This document shows positions 63,634 to 64,000 of a stretch of 64,000 bases of DNA, one piece after another (within the stretch, counting starts at the first letter, position 1; every line of letters starts with the position of its first letter). Position numbers and translations under genes: made by a program. Origin of the DNA: Octopus vulgaris (taxonomy: Eukaryota); NCBI GenBank assembly GCA_951406725.2, contig OX597818.1, positions 51,646,001-51,710,000 on the forward strand. Reading direction: 5' to 3'. The notes beneath the pieces were generated by a model, which worked only from the letters and a program-made list of their open reading frames with translations, was not told where the DNA came from and searched no databases.

Positions 63634-63714
<81 letters not shown>

Positions 63715-63855
63715 GAAGAAAATATATGGCATCTCAAGACGGTTACAATACCAGTGATTGCAGGAGCACTTGGAATGATCAAAAAAGGAACTGAGAATTA
63801 TTTAAGGATGATCCCTGGCTTACCATCCATGCAGGAAATGCAAAAGGTTGACTGA
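63337..63855 (+). mobile_element. Two Dong/R4-type 3' fragments separated by (AAT)n
   Basis: IPGNPKMAEIQKKVLMGTAHILRKILS* plus 3'UTR ending at (AAT)n 63633-63712, then IWHLKTVTIPVIAGALGMIKKG...IPGLPSMQEMQK. Confidence 0.85.
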
Positions 63856-63867
63856 AAAGGAAAGTGT

Positions 63868-64000
63868 CACTCATCAATCATTTTCTGCCTCGTCCACCAC
63901 GCAACCCATTTTGCCATAGCCATAAGACAGGAAAGTGTTGGGGCGATCTTCGGCCGATGACCGGATTCGTTCCACACGCGGTAACAGCTGTTCCACATAG
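63868..64000 (-). mobile_element. Possible L1/Tx1-type ORF2 C-terminal fragment
   Basis: Frames give YVEQLLPRVERIRSSAE and CLMAMAKWVAWWTRQK, resembling the 'AKxxxWxxR' motif of L1/Tx1 ORF2 ends. Short and truncated by the window edge. Confidence 0.4.

Overview
AT-rich, microsatellite-saturated eukaryotic DNA. The SINE families and repeat landscape look like an octopus (coleoid cephalopod) genome; this is inferred from recognition, not from a database search. No intact host protein-coding gene is visible, and nearly all ORFs in the track are translations of microsatellites, SINEs or broken transposons. The window contains: (i) a small tRNA locus with an inverted pair of tRNA-Ala(AGC) genes enclosing two tandem 3'-half copies, one intact tRNA-Gln(TTG) with two degenerate copies, and a degenerate tRNA-Gly(TCC); (ii) dozens of tRNA-derived SINEs with shuffled heads and tails, plus a 15-unit tandem array built from a SINE head; (iii) fragments of R4/Dong-type non-LTR retrotransposons, Penelope-like elements (PLEs), RTE-like and L1/Tx1-like elements; (iv) Tc1, mariner, Merlin-like and Helitron-like DNA elements. 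The most notable patterns are six ~200-bp elements carrying a minimal hammerhead-ribozyme-like motif inside microsatellites, an apparent partitioning of microsatellite targets among retroelement families ((TAA)n, (CATA)n, (TA)n), and convergent inverted duplication at both multi-copy tRNA loci. Many repeat boundaries are approximate (about +/-10 nt).
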